Shown here one piece after another: positions 35,724 through 47,319 of a stretch of 59,071 nt of DNA. The notes under the pieces are model-generated. The model saw only the letters and a list, made by a program, of their open reading frames with translations. It made no database searches and was not told the origin of the DNA. This DNA comes from Malacoraja senta. Taxonomy: Eukaryota. Positions within the stretch are counted from its first letter, which is position 1. Every line of letters begins with the position of its first letter. The stretch spans positions 1-59,071 of the forward strand of contig JAXLNO010000574.1 of the NCBI GenBank assembly GCA_038087875.1, in the 5' to 3' direction. The position numbers were made by a program, and so were the translations under genes.

Positions 35724-36584
35724 ATGTCGGGGCACAACAGGAACAAGTGTTATGAGTGCGACGTGTGTGGCAAGGCCTGTCAGCGCCCGAGCTGGCTGGA
35801 GATCCACCGGCGGGTTCACACGGGAGAACGCCCCTTCGACTGCTCGGAATGCGACAAGAGCTTCAAGGCATCGAGTGACCTGAATGTCCACCAGCGAGTG
35901 CACACGGGCGAGAGGCCCTATGGCTGCTCCACCTGCGGCAAGAACTTTGCCCGGTTGTCGGGGCTGCGGCAGCACCAGTGGGCGCACAGCAGTGAGCGAC
36001 CCTTCACCTGCTCCGACTGCGGCAAGGGCTTCACCCACTCCGGCAACCTGCTGCGGCACCAGCACACGCACACTGGTGAGCGCCCCTACACCTGCGCCCA
36101 GTGCGGCAAGGGCTTCACCCAATCCTGCACCCTGCAGGTGCACCAGCGCACCCACACCGGCGAGCGCCCCTACACCTGTACCCAGTGCGGCAAGGGCTTC
36201 ATCTGCTCCACCAACCTCCTGTCCCACCAGCGCACCCACACTGGCGAGCGCCCCTACACCTGTGCCAAGTGCGGCAAGGGCTTCACCAGCTCCACTCAGC
36301 TGCTGTCCCACCAGCGGTTGCACGCCGGCGACAGTCCCGTCCCCAGCCCGGTGTGTCGAGAGCTCTTTGCCATGGCCTCCCACACCCTGTCTCACCAGCA
36401 CGTGCACACCAGTGGCCAGCCCTATGACTGCCCGTACTGTGGTGTGTCGTTTGACAGCTCGCGCGGGTTACGGCAGCACCGGCGGGCCCACGCTTGCGAG
36501 CAGCTGCTCCCACTGACAAGAGAGCATGGGGCTATGGTACCACCAGCGGATACACACCAGAGAGAGACCCTTTGTGTACGCTGA
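35724..36584 (+). CDS. ZNF-B: C2H2 zinc-finger protein (8 canonical and 1 degenerate finger), no effector domain
   Basis: ORF 35712-36584 (GTG start called; ATG at 35724; in-frame TGA at 35703). Acceptor ttcccctcctgcag|g at 35584/35585. Confidence 0.85.
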   Translation: MSGHNRNKCYECDVCGKACQRPSWLEIHRRVHTGERPFDCSECDKSFKASSDLNVHQRVHTGERPYGCSTCGKNFARLSGLRQHQWAHSSERPFTCSDCGKGFTHSGNLLRHQHTHTGERPYTCAQCGKGFTQSCTLQVHQRTHTGERPYTCTQCGKGFICSTNLLSHQRTHTGERPYTCAKCGKGFTSSTQLLSHQRLHAGDSPVPSPVCRELFAMASHTLSHQHVHTSGQPYDCPYCGVSFDSSRGLRQHRRAHACEQLLPLTREHGAMVPPADTHQRETLCVR

Positions 36585-36933
36585 TTGTTGCAAGGGTTTC
36601 ACCCGCATGTCCGGCCTGTGGCAACACCGGCGTACCCACAACGGTGAGCGTCCCTTCCCCTGCCCGTCCTGTGGTAAGGGCTTCACCCACCTTGACCACC
36701 TGCTGGAGCACCGGCGAGTCCACACTGGTGAGCTCCCCTTCACCTGCCCACTCTGTGGCAAGGACTTTGCCCGCTCCTCCAGCCTGCTGGCACACCGCCA
36801 CGTGGGTAGGCGCTGTTTAGGTAGAGACAAAATGCTGGAAGGAATGGGTAACATATCTGGTCGAGACCCTCCTCAGTCTCGACCCGAAATGTCACTCAGT
36901 CCTTCTGTCCAGAGATGCTGCCTGACCCGCTGA
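36500..36933 (+). pseudogene. Out-of-frame tail fingers of ZNF-B
   Basis: ORF 36526-36933: GLWYHQRIH, FTRMSGLWQHRRTH, CPSCGKGFTHLDHLLEHRRVH, CPLCGKDFARSSSLLAH. Confidence 0.7.
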
Positions 36934-37167
36934 GTTATTCCAGCATTTTGTGTCCTTTTTTGTGGACCAGCATCTGCAGTTCCTTGTTTTTAAACCATTC
37001 TGGTGAACTGAATGCAATACTCCAAATGCTACCTGAACAATGTCCCTTAAAGCTGCACATGTACATTCCTCTCCCCTTATCTCACATCCTTTTATCTCCT
37101 TATTTTCCCTCGCCTCTGTCACTTACTTCACTCATCTGCCGATCACCCCCTCATCTGTCAACATAGT

Positions 37168-37205
37168 GTCAGTCTGAAGAAGGGTGCTGACCCGAAATGT
37201 CACCT
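37168..37205 (+). ncRNA. Hammerhead ribozyme-like motif in the predicted ZNF-B 3'UTR
   Basis: agtCTGAAGA(37174-37180)agggtgctgacccGAAA(37194-37197)tGTC. Confidence 0.4.
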
Positions 37206-37264
37206 ATCCATGTTCTCCACAGATGCTGCCTGACCCGCCGAGTTAGTCCAGCACTCTGTGAGAC

Positions 37265-37455
37265 ACTACACTTGTGCTCGGTCCGCCAAGGCCTGCTGGA
37301 TCTCCCGGTTACCAACCATTTTAACTCCCCTTCCCACTCCCGCACTGGTCTGTCTGTCCTGGGCCTCCTCCATTGTCAGAGTGAGGTGAAACGCAAACTG
37401 GAGGGACAGCACCTCAATGCTTACAGCGCAATGACATGAACATTGAATTCTCTAA
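37265..37455 (+). mobile_element. Penelope GIY-YIG remnant (paralogous copy at ~43790-43980, -)
   Basis: HLCSVRQGLLDLPVTNHFNSPSHS..LSVLGL..RKLEGQHL..MNIEF. Confidence 0.8.
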
Positions 37456-38069
37456 ATTAAACAGACATTCCCCCTCCCTCGTGGGCCATCTCTTCGTCAT
37501 TCCTCTGTCTTCTTCTTGCTGGCGAAAGGCGTCAGGATTAATCCGGAGTCACCGCTTCCCGTATTTCAAGTATGTTTTGGTGTTTCTAGGTTTGTTTTAC
37601 ATGGGGAGGGGGAATTGGGGGAAACTTTTTCAGTCACTTACCTCGACGGAGATGCGATTTTTCTCCATCGCCGAGTATCGCTCCAACCTCGAGGCCTGTG
37701 GACTTTAACACCGTGAAGCCCGCGGTCTCCGGTAAGAAGAGGCCGACTCGGGAGCTCCATGCTGCGGAGTGTTCCAATCCTTCCCGATGCCAGAGTTTCC
37801 GTCATCCCGACGAGAGGACCTCGGACATTGGACCGTCGGCAGCGGCGACTGCGGAGGGTTCAACAGCCCCGACCACGGGTGAAGAAACGAGGAAGATGAT
37901 TGAACTTTATTACCTTCCATCACAGTGAGGAAAGTGGATTCCGCGGTGGTGGATGTTTCTGTTACATTTTATTTTATGTGGCTGTGTGTCTTGTTGCTTT
38001 TTACTTAGTATGGGAACTGAAATATCACTGTACCTCAATTGGTGCATGTGAATGTAAATGTGAACTGAA

Positions 38070-39310
38070 CTAACTCTCTTGAAAACATCCAGTGAATTGG
38101 CCTCCACTGCCTTCTGTGGCAGGGAATTCCACAGATTCACAACTCTCTGGTTGAAAAAGTTTTTCCTCATCTCAGTCCTATACGTCCTACCCGTTATTCT
38201 TAAACAGTGGCCCCTGGTTCTGATAATATCCTAGTTATATAATACAAATTATAATGTAAGGTATTTCATTAAGTAAAGATTAATTTAACTTCTTTGGGTT
38301 TTGGGTTCTGAAGCTTTGTAAGTCTGTGCTGTAGATGAGCTGGGTGATCAGGAAATTGGAGGCCAGCATTCAAACTGCATCCAAGCTGCTTCCTGTTGTG
38401 CCCAAGCAAAAGATATTGACAAAGGTGGGAGAGGATGTGTTTCCTGAGAAGGTGCTGGCTTCTGTCAACAGAAGCCTTGAGTGAGGATGTATTTCCTTTG
38501 GAGTTGGGTCTCTGTAAACGGGAACTTCTGTGGGTAATTGATAAAGATCCTTACATTGTTTAAGAAGGTACTGCAGATGATAGACCTTTGACTAAGTTCC
38601 TGTTGTTTGGAGGTTTGTAACTAAAGTTTGTGATCGATATAACCATAGCATGAGAAGTATTGTGTTAGTGACAAGAATGCTTTGAATGGGTATACTCTGT
38701 GATTGATGTGTTAGACGTCATTGCGCCAACTCTATAAACATGTGACTACGCTTCCAAAATACTATAAAAATATGCTGTATGTCGTTGTTCATTAGAGCGA
38801 TGGCCCAGGAGGGTTAAGTATGTGTTGCATACTTGACTTTGTATCCCCTGGCACTCTCGCCGGCTAAATGATCAGTAAAGCTTGTGTTGGTTGATCTAAC
38901 TTATTGTGAGTTGTCTGTTTTAAGAAATGAACCTTAACAGTTCTGGACTCCCCCAACATGGGGAACATGTTTCCTGCATCTACCCTGTCCAATCCCTCAC
39001 TGATTTTATATGATTCTATAAGATTCTCGCTCATCCTTCTGAATTCCAGTGAATACAAGCCCAGTCGACCAATTCTTTCAACATATGTCAGTCCCGCCAT
39101 CCCAGGAATTAACCATGTGAATCTACGCTGCACTCCCTCAATAGCAAGAATGTCCTCCCTCAAATTAGGACACCAAAACTGCACACAATTCTCCAGGTGT
39201 GGTGTCACCTCTGTACACTCTGGAGTTTAGAAGGATGAGAGGGTATCTCATTGAAACATGTAAGATTGTTAAGGGTTTGGACACGCTGGAGGCAGGAAGC
39301 ATGTTCCCGT
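38070..39310 (-). mobile_element. CR1 LINE fragments (host of the solo LTR)
   Basis: ORFs 37910-38170 and 38864-39208. Confidence 0.8.
38221..38939 (+). mobile_element. Solo LTR (719 bp) inserted into a CR1
   Basis: TG...CA ends; 4-bp TSD gttc at 38217-38220 and 38940-38943; the CR1 is contiguous across it; TATA-like ctataaa and AGTAAA inside. Confidence 0.85.
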
Positions 39311-39469
39311 GTGAGAGGTGATGGGCCGGTACTTCTCTCTGGTGAAGGCGTGGCTGGAGGCGGCAGTCCCGGGCAACACCGCGGCCGCTCGGCAAGGACG
39401 GCAGCAGTCTGGCCGATCTCCTCACCACTCTCTCCTCCATCCGTGCTGGCATCCGTACATCAGAATTTC

Positions 39470-39972
39470 AACATTCATGGAGAAATCTCACGCCTATCAC
39501 ATCCGAACTGTACTTATCAGCCATCACCTGCTATAAACCCAGCTACCTTTGTACCACTGCCAGAAGAAGAATGCGACCATGATTGTCTGTTGCTTGTGGA
39601 AGCCGCTGCCACTCCCCGGCTGGACTTAGTCATCCGATTGATAATCCTGATCTGGTCCTATTTACCGATGGCTCTTCACACCGACCTAGCAATGACAGAT
39701 TATTGGCAGGATATGCAGTGGTCACAGCACACCAAGTGCTGGAGGTGTACGCTTTACCATCCAGAACGTCCGCTCCGGCAGCTGAGCTGTATGCCCTGAG
39801 TCGTGCCTGCATATTGGCAAAAGGTACAAGTGCTAATATCTACACCGATTCTTGCTCTGCGTTTGGGGTTGTACATGACTTTGGGCAGTTATGGAAAAAT
39901 AGAGGATTCATCACATCAACAGGAAAGGCTATTATGCGTGATAAACTGATCTTAAATTTATTAAGATCCTAA
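39470..39972 (+). mobile_element. Class I (gamma/epsilon-like) endogenous retrovirus pol fragment: connection domain and RNase H
   Basis: INPATFVP..HDC..TPRLDL, frameshift, then DNPDLVLFTDGSS..AGYAVV..SAPAAELYALSRAC..ANIYTDS..AFGVVHDFGQLWKNRGFITSTG. Confidence 0.85.
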
Positions 39973-40110
39973 AACGTAGACATATTCCTTATTAACTACC
40001 TATGTAGTATAAAATACATGAATAAACTAACATTGTGTGGGATGAGAGAGAATACGAGGGTGAAGTGAGGGATCTAGATGGGCATCTAAACAGGAGGAAG
40101 GTAGGAGTTT

Positions 40111-42577
40111 CAAGTCAAGTCAAGTGAGTTTATTGTCATGTGTCTCTGATAGGACAATGAAATTCTTGCTTTGCTTCAGCACAACAGAACATAGTAGGCA
40201 TTGACTACAGGGCATTCTATAAATATATACACAATCAATATACTGATAAAGTGCAAATAACAGTATTGGCTAATAAAGTTCAGTGTTATGTCCGAGCCAG
40301 GTTTAATAGCCTGATGGCTGTGGGGATGTAGCTATTCCTGAACCTGGTCGTTGCAGTCTTCAGGCTCCTGTACCTTCTACCTGAAGGTAGTAGGGAGATG
40401 AGTGTGTGGCCAGGATGGTGTGGGTCCTTGATGATACTGCCAGCCTTTTTGAGGCAGCGACTGTGATAGATCCCCTCGATGGAAGGGAGGTCAGAGCCGA
40501 TGATGGACTGGGCAGTGTTTACTACTTTTTGTAGTCTTTTCCTCTCCAGGGCACTCAAGTTGCCGAACCAAGCCACGATGCAACCGGTCAGCATGCTCTC
40601 TACTGTGCACCTGTAGAAGTTAGAGAGAGTCCTTGACAAACCGACTCTCCGTAATCTTCTCAGAAAGTAGAGGCGCTGATGTGCTTTCTTAATAATGGCA
40701 TCAGTGTTCTCGGACCAGGAAAGATCTTCAGAGATGTGCACGCCCAGGAATTTGAAGCTCTTGACCCTTTCAACCATCGACCCGTTGATATAAACGGGAC
40801 TGTGGGTCCCCATCCTACTCCTTCCAAAGTCCACAATCAGTTCCTTGGTTTTGCTGGTGTTGAGGGCCAGGTTATTGTGCTGGCACCATATGGACAGTTG
40901 CTCGATCTCTCTTCTATACTCTGACTCATCCCCATCAGTGATACGTCCCACAACAGTGGTGTCGTCAGCGAACTTGATGATGGAGTTCGCACTATGTCCG
41001 GCTATGCAGTCATGAGTATAGAGTGAGTACAGCAGGGGGCTGAGCACGCAGCCTTGAGGTGCTCCCGTGCTAATTGTTATTGAGTTTGACACATTTCCAC
41101 CAATACGAACAGACTGTGGTCTGAGAGTGAGGAAGTCGAGGATCCAATTGCAGAGGGATGCGCACAGACCCAGTTCTGCGAGTTTGGTAACCAGCTTGGA
41201 GGGGATGATTGTGTTAAATGCCGAGCTGTAATCGATGAATAACAGCCTGACATATGAGTTTTTGTTGTCCAAGTGGTCCAGAGCGGAGTGGAGGGCCAGC
41301 GAGATCGCATCCACCGTTGATCTGTTGTGGCGGTAAGCAAACTGCAGTGGGTCCAGGTTTTTGTCGAGGTAGGAGTTGATCTGCGTCATGATCAACCTCT
41401 CAAAGCACTTCATCACCACAGGCGTTAGTGCCACAGGTCGATAGTCATTGAGGCACGTCACCTTACTCTTCTTGGGCACTGGTATAATTGATGCCCTTTT
41501 GAAGCAGGTGGGAACCTCAGACCTCAGAAGTGAGAGGTTGAAAATGTCCGTGAGAACTCCAGCCAGTTGGTCCGCACAGGTTTTTAGAACACGACCAGGT
41601 GTACCCTCAGGTCCAGGCGCTTTTCGAGGGTTCACCCCTCTGAAGGATTTCCTGACGTCGGCCTCTATGACTGAGACTGAAATACCATCACAGCGAATGG
41701 GGGCTCGGGAAGGCACATCGGTGTTCTCCGTATCAAAGCGTGCGTAAAACACATTGAGCTCATCAGGGAGTGATGTTTCGCCGACATTCGAGCTGCCTCC
41801 TGATTTCGCCTTGTAAGGGGTGATTGCATTCAGGCCCTGCCACAGCCGCCGAACATCTGTCTCTTCCTCCAGTTTGGAGCGGAAGTCCCTTTTGGCCTTT
41901 TTGATGGCATTACCAAGGTCGTATCTGGACTTCTTGTAGGCCACTGTATCATCAGACATGAATGCCCGGTGTCTGGTCTTCAGAAGAATGCGGATCTCAA
42001 AGTTCATCCAAGGTTTCTGATTGGGAAACGCTCGGAAGGTTTTGGGAGGGATGCAGTCCTCCACACACTTCTTAATGAAGTCTGTAACGGCTGTGGCGTA
42101 TTCGTTCAGGTCCGTTGCCGAGTCCTTGAACATTGCCCAGTCTACAGACTCCAAACAGTCCTGGAGTTGTTCCTCTGCCCCCACCCCCCCCCCCCCCCCC
42201 CGACCAGCTCTCTACTGTCCTCACCTCTGGGGGTGCGCTCTTTAATTGCTGCCTGTAGGCAGGAAGAAGCAGCACCGCGGTATGGTCGGATTTACCGAAG
42301 TGAGGGCGAGGGATAGACCGATAGGCATTCTTGATGGTGGTGTAGCAGTGGTCGAGGGTATTTGGTCCTCTGGTGCAGCAGAAGACATGTTGGTGGAAGT
42401 TAGGGAGTGATTTCTTTAGGTTTGCCTTATTGAAGTCCCCGGCTATGGTGGTGAACGCCTCGGGGTAAGACATCTGGTGTTTGTTGACCACGGCGTGCAG
42501 CTCCTCCAGTGCCAGATGGACGTCTGCCTGGGGTGGGATGTAGACCGCGGTCATGATGATGGAGGTGAATTCCCTTG
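40111..42577 (-). mobile_element. Rex1/Babar LINE, 5'-truncated, RT ORF largely intact
   Basis: 632-aa ORF 40286-42184 ([47 protein letters not shown]). EN part (AVYIPP, GDFN, LDHCY, SDH) lies in another frame across a C homopolymer. 3' AATAAA plus (cttga)n. Confidence 0.92.
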
Positions 42578-43244
42578 GTTTGAAATACAACGAACAACTT
42601 CCACACAGAACACAGTGAACTCGCTGCTGGAAGTAAACAAGCTTCCTTATCTGAATGTTTGGTTTGTGCCCATATTCCTTCGCATGCACAAGGAAGTATC
42701 TCTTTGCTTGCTCCAACCAATATTATAATCCGACCTGTAAGGCTCCATTTTTGCAACTGATTAATGAGACAAAATATTAATATCCTTTCTTACTCTGTGT
42801 TCAAGAAGGAGGGAACTGTGGAAGAAAAATTAGTATCCTTCCTTATTTAATTTTGATTGAAATTGAACAAGGTAACGAAAGGTTGTATTGGATGTGTCAA
42901 TTGGCAGCTCTTGCTTGACCAGGTGCAGAAGAGGTTGTGGGAATCGACAGAGTAGAAGATTAGACGTATTACCTCTTGTCTGGGAATGTGTGAAGGATGG
43001 ATGGTAAATTTAAACATGAAATAGCAGAGCAGATAACAAAGCTTGTTTATTCTTCTGTGAGGAGTTACAGAGGATCTCCTTCGCCCCCTACCGCTAGTAG
43101 CGTAGATATGTTGCAGTAAATGGGAGGCTTATGATTGGCTTGGAATGGGGATGGTGGCGTGGGCCACCTGAAAGATGATATAGAATAATGTCAAGATTCC
43201 CTTGTGTTGTGTTTGACTTGTATTAACCATCTGCCTGACTGGAA

Positions 43245-43462
43245 TTAATCATTCCCCACACCCCCCCCCCCCATTACACCCCCCCCCCCCACCCCACAGC
43301 CCCCCAGCACACACCCCTTCCCTGTGGTGGAATATTGCTTTGGGGGAACGGGTTGCGTTGGGGGAACAGGTGAGTGATGGACTATTGCGTTGGGGAATGG
43401 GTTGCGTTGGGGGGACCAGGCCTCCCGTGTGACTGGGACCCAACGGGTCCCACTTAGTCTAA
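43245..43462 (+). mobile_element. Putative non-autonomous Helitron 3' end
   Basis: Hairpin gggaccc-aac-gggtccc (43435-43451), 7 nt before CTAA|T (CTRR terminus), preceded by short gttgcgttgggg repeats. Confidence 0.5.
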
Positions 43463-44859
43463 TCACACAATAAAATCTCAAAGCAAATCTGCAAAGTCTC
43501 CACTTTTCATTTTCCTTTAATTTCCCTCTAAATTAATTGCTTCCACAAAAAAAAACAATTATTTCATTGGAATACGACTTGGCTCCAGCGGGTTGACGAG
43601 CAAAAGTCCTTGTTTACGGCAGCTGGAGTCTTGCCGACGTCCAAGGGCAGAGAGCGAGATCCCAATGTTCGGAGTTGAGGGGGAACGGCCAGGGGACGGG
43701 AAGCGGTGACTCCGGAGTAATCCTGACGCCTTTCACCAGCGAGAAGAAGACAGAGGAATGATGAAGAGATGGCCCACGATGGGGGATGTCTCCTTAATTT
43801 GGAGAATTCAATGTTCATGTCATTGGGCTATAAGCTATGAGGGGCTGTTCCTCAAGTTTGCGTGTCACCTCACTCTGGCAATGGAGGAGGCCCAGGACAG
43901 AAAGACCAGTGTGGGAATGGGAGTTAAAATGGTTGGCAACCGGAAGATTCAACAGGCCTTGGCGGACGGAGCGCAAGTGTAGGGTGAAATGCACACATAG
44001 TCTAGATACAAGGAACAGCAGATGCTGGTTTACAAAAAGGGACACAATCTCCTGGAGTAACTTGCACCTCTGGAGAGCTTGGACAGGCAACATTCTAGGT
44101 CAGGACCCTTCTTCAGACTGCATGGTGTGGAGGGTGGAGAAAGTTGGAAAGGAGAGGTGGGAGTGGTCACCTTAGATTCCCTTCCTTCTACAGATGCTGC
44201 CTGACCCACTGAGTTCTTCCACCACTTTAGAGGGAATGGACAGACGACATTTTGAGTCAGGACTCTTCTTCAGACTGATTAGAGGGTGGGGGGAGAGGTA
44301 GCTGGAAAAGAGAGTAGGGGGCTGGACAAAGCCTGGCAAGTGATAGGTGGATACAAAATGCAGGAGTAACTCAGCGGGACATGCAACATCTCTAGAGAGA
44401 AGGAATGGATGATGTTTCAGGTTGACACCATTCTTCAGAAGTGATAGGTGGATATAGGTGAGGGAGACACAAGAGACTACAGATGCTGGAATCTTGCATA
44501 GAACACAATTTAGTTAGATGCACAGAAACACTTGCCCAGAGTGGGGGGGGGGGGGGGGGGGTCGAAGACCAGAGGACATGGGTACAAAGTGAAGGGGAAA
44601 AGATTTAATAGGAATCTGAGGGGTAACTTTTCAACAGAGGGTGGTGGGTGTATGGAACGAGCTGACGGAGGAGGTAGTTAAGGCTGGGACTATCCCAACG
44701 TTTAAGAAACAGTTATAGACAAGTACATAGTTAGGCCAAGTTTGAAGGGATATGGACCAAATGCAGGCAGGTGGGACTAGTGTAGCCGGGACATGTTGGT
44801 TGGGGTGGGCAAGTTGGGCCGAAGGTCCTGTTTCCACACTGTATCACTCTATGACTCTA

Positions 44860-45085
44860 ACACAAAGTGCTGGAGTAACTCAACGGGTCAGGCAGCATCT
44901 GTGGAGAACATGGATGGGTGACGTTTCACAGAATGCTGAAATAACTCGGCGGGTCAGGCAGCATCTGTGGAGAACATGGATAGGTGATGTTTCACAGAGA
45001 GCTGCAGTAACTCAGCGGGTCAGACAGCATCTGTGGGGAACATGGATAGGTGACATTTCGGGTCAAGACCCTTCTTCAGACTGAC
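44860..45085 (-). repeat. 66-bp tandem repeat (3 copies) with a hammerhead-like head in the ZNF-C 3' flank
   Basis: Same unit as 19340-19625; minus strand cagtCTGAAGAagggtcttgacccGAAAtGTC. Confidence 0.8.
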
Positions 45086-45371
45086 ACGATGTTAACAGAT
45101 GAGGGGGTGATCGGCAGATGAGTGAAGTGACAGAGGCGAGGGAAAATCAGGTGATAAAAGGATGTGAGATAAGGAGAGAGGAATGTATATGTGCAGCTTT
45201 CACGGACATTGGCAGGTAGCATTTGGAGGATTGCATACAGTTCTGGTCACTCCATTACAGGACTGATGTGGAGGCTTTGGGGAAGGTGCAGAGATGGTTA
45301 ACCAGAATGGTTTAAAAACAAGGAACTGCAGATGCTGGTTTACAAAAAAGGACACAAATTGCTGGAATAAC

Positions 45372-45927
45372 TCAGCGGGTCAGGCAGCATCTCTGGAGAG
45401 AAGGGCTGGATGACATTTCGGTTCGAGACTGAGGAGGGTCCCGACCAGAAACGTTACCCATTCCTTCCAGCATTTTGTGTCTACCTAAACTGCGCCTATC
45501 CACGTGGCGGTGTGCTAGCAGGCTGGAGGAGCGGGCAAAGGCCTTGCCACAGACCGGGCAGGTGAAGGGGCGCTGGCCGGTGTGGACTCGCCGGTGCTTC
45601 ACCAGGTGGTCAAGGCTGGTGAAGCCCTTACCACAGGACGGGCAGGGGAAGGGACGCGCACCACTGTGGGTACGCCGGTGCTGCCACTGGCTGGACATGC
45701 GGGTGAAACCCTTACCACAATCAGCGCACACAAAGGGTCTCTCTCTGGTGTGTATCCGCTGGTGCTCCAGCAGCCCCCATGCTCTCTTGTCACAGTGGGA
45801 GCAGCTGCTCACCGGCGTGGGACCGCCGGTGCTGCCGCAACCCGCGCGAGCTGTCAAACGACTCACCACAGTACGGGCAGTCGTAGGGCTGGCCACTGGC
45901 GTGCTCGTGTTGGTGAGACAGGGCATG
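45372..45927 (-). pseudogene. Post-stop and out-of-frame tail fingers of ZNF-C
   Basis: SCSHCDKRAWGLLEHQRIH, CADCGKGFTRMSSQWQH, CPSCGKGFTSLDHLVKH, CPVCGKAFARSSSLLAH in the +1 frame. Confidence 0.7.
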
Positions 45928-46848
45928 CTAGGCCATGGCAAAGCGCTCTCCACACACCGGGCTGGGGACGGGAGGGTCTCCGGCGTGCACCTGCTGGTGG
46001 GACAGCAGCTTGGTGGAGCGGGTGAAGCCCTTGCCGCACTGGGCGCAGGTGTAGGGGCGCTCGCCGGTGTGGGTGAGCTGGTGCTCCAGCAGGCTGTCAG
46101 AGCGGGTGAAGCACTTGCCGCATTGGGCGCAGGTGTAGGGGCGCTCGCCGGTGTGGGTGCGCTGGTGCACCAGCAGGTGGCTGGATTGGGTGAAGCCCTT
46201 GCTGCATTGGGTGCAGGTGTAGGGGCGCTCACCGGTGTGGGTGCGCTGGTGCTCCAGCAGGCTGTCAGAGCGGGTGAAGCCCTTGCCGCACTGGGCGCAG
46301 GTGTAGGGGCGCTCGCCGGTGTGGGTGCGCTGGTGCACCAGCAGGTGGCTGGATTGGGTGAAGCCCTTGCCGCACTGGGTGCAGGTGTAGGGACGCTCGC
46401 CGGTATGGGTGCGCTGGTGTTTCAGCAGGTTGCTGGAGTAGGTGAAGCCCTTGCCGCAGTCGCTGCAGGTGAAGAGACACTCCCCGGTATGCAGCCGCCT
46501 GTGCACCTTCATGACCTTGGACGACTTGAAGCCTTTGCCGCAGTCGGAGCAGGTGAAGGGTCGCTCACTGCTGTGCACCTGCTGGTGCTCCTGCAGCCTC
46601 GACAACAGGGCAAAACTCTTGCCGCATGTGGAGCAGCCATAGGGCCTCTTGCCCGTGTGCATCCGCCGGTGGGCATTCAGGACATTCGCCGTCTTGAAAC
46701 TCTTGTCGCACTCTGAGCAGTCAAATAGGCGTTCTCCTGTGTGCACCCGCCGGTGGGTCTCCAGCTGGCTCGGGCACGGCCAGGCCTTGCCACACACGTC
46801 GCACTCATAATGCTTCTCCTTGTGGTGCCCCGTCATGTGGTCCTCCAT
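45928..46848 (-). CDS. ZNF-C: C2H2 zinc-finger protein, 10 fingers, no effector domain; TAG in the degenerate 11th finger
   Basis: 306-aa ORF with an ATG start; acceptor at 46981/46980. The frame resumes after the TAG (PYDCPYCGESFDSSRGLRQH..EQLLPL*). Confidence 0.85.
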   Translation of the reverse strand: MEDHMTGHHKEKHYECDVCGKAWPCPSQLETHRRVHTGERLFDCSECDKSFKTANVLNAHRRMHTGKRPYGCSTCGKSFALLSRLQEHQQVHSSERPFTCSDCGKGFKSSKVMKVHRRLHTGECLFTCSDCGKGFTYSSNLLKHQRTHTGERPYTCTQCGKGFTQSSHLLVHQRTHTGERPYTCAQCGKGFTRSDSLLEHQRTHTGERPYTCTQCSKGFTQSSHLLVHQRTHTGERPYTCAQCGKCFTRSDSLLEHQLTHTGERPYTCAQCGKGFTRSTKLLSHQQVHAGDPPVPSPVCGERFAMA

Positions 46849-47319
46849 CGAAGCTCAGCCCCTCGAAGCTCAGCCCCCACGCCGAGTAGATGGGGGGGGG
46901 GGGGGCTCACCGGCACCCTGGCTGCCCTCAATGACCGCTCACGTCCCCGTCTCTCCGTCCCCAGCACCGGCTCCTAAACCCTGCAGGAGGGGAACACAGA
47001 GGGTCAACAAGCTGGCAAACAGGACATCACTAATGCGCGAACATTGCCAGTGCTTGAAGTGGGGGTGTGAGGGGAGGGGGCGGGGAGCAGGGATGAAGGA
47101 GGGGGCGCTGCATTCGGAGGACCAGACACGGTGCATCGCAGCCTGCCGCCAACAGGGAGGGAGTGACGGGGGATGGAGAGGATGGGGTGAGGGGGGGGAA
47201 GGAATGGAGGTGGTGAGGAGACAAGTGGGGAAGGGGAATGAGGACAGTGGAAGTGAGAGGAAGGGGAGAAGGGAGGAGAGTGAGGGTAAAGGGGAGTGGA
47301 AGAGAGGGGGTGGGGTGAG

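Noticed and set aside
42178..42201. Frameshift between Rex1 EN and RT as programmed frameshifting
   Set aside because: It falls in a long C homopolymer, so slippage or a sequencing error is more likely.
42580..43240. Possible ERV env or integrase remnant
   Set aside because: No recognisable motif (furin site, CX6CC, DDE) in any frame I could read.
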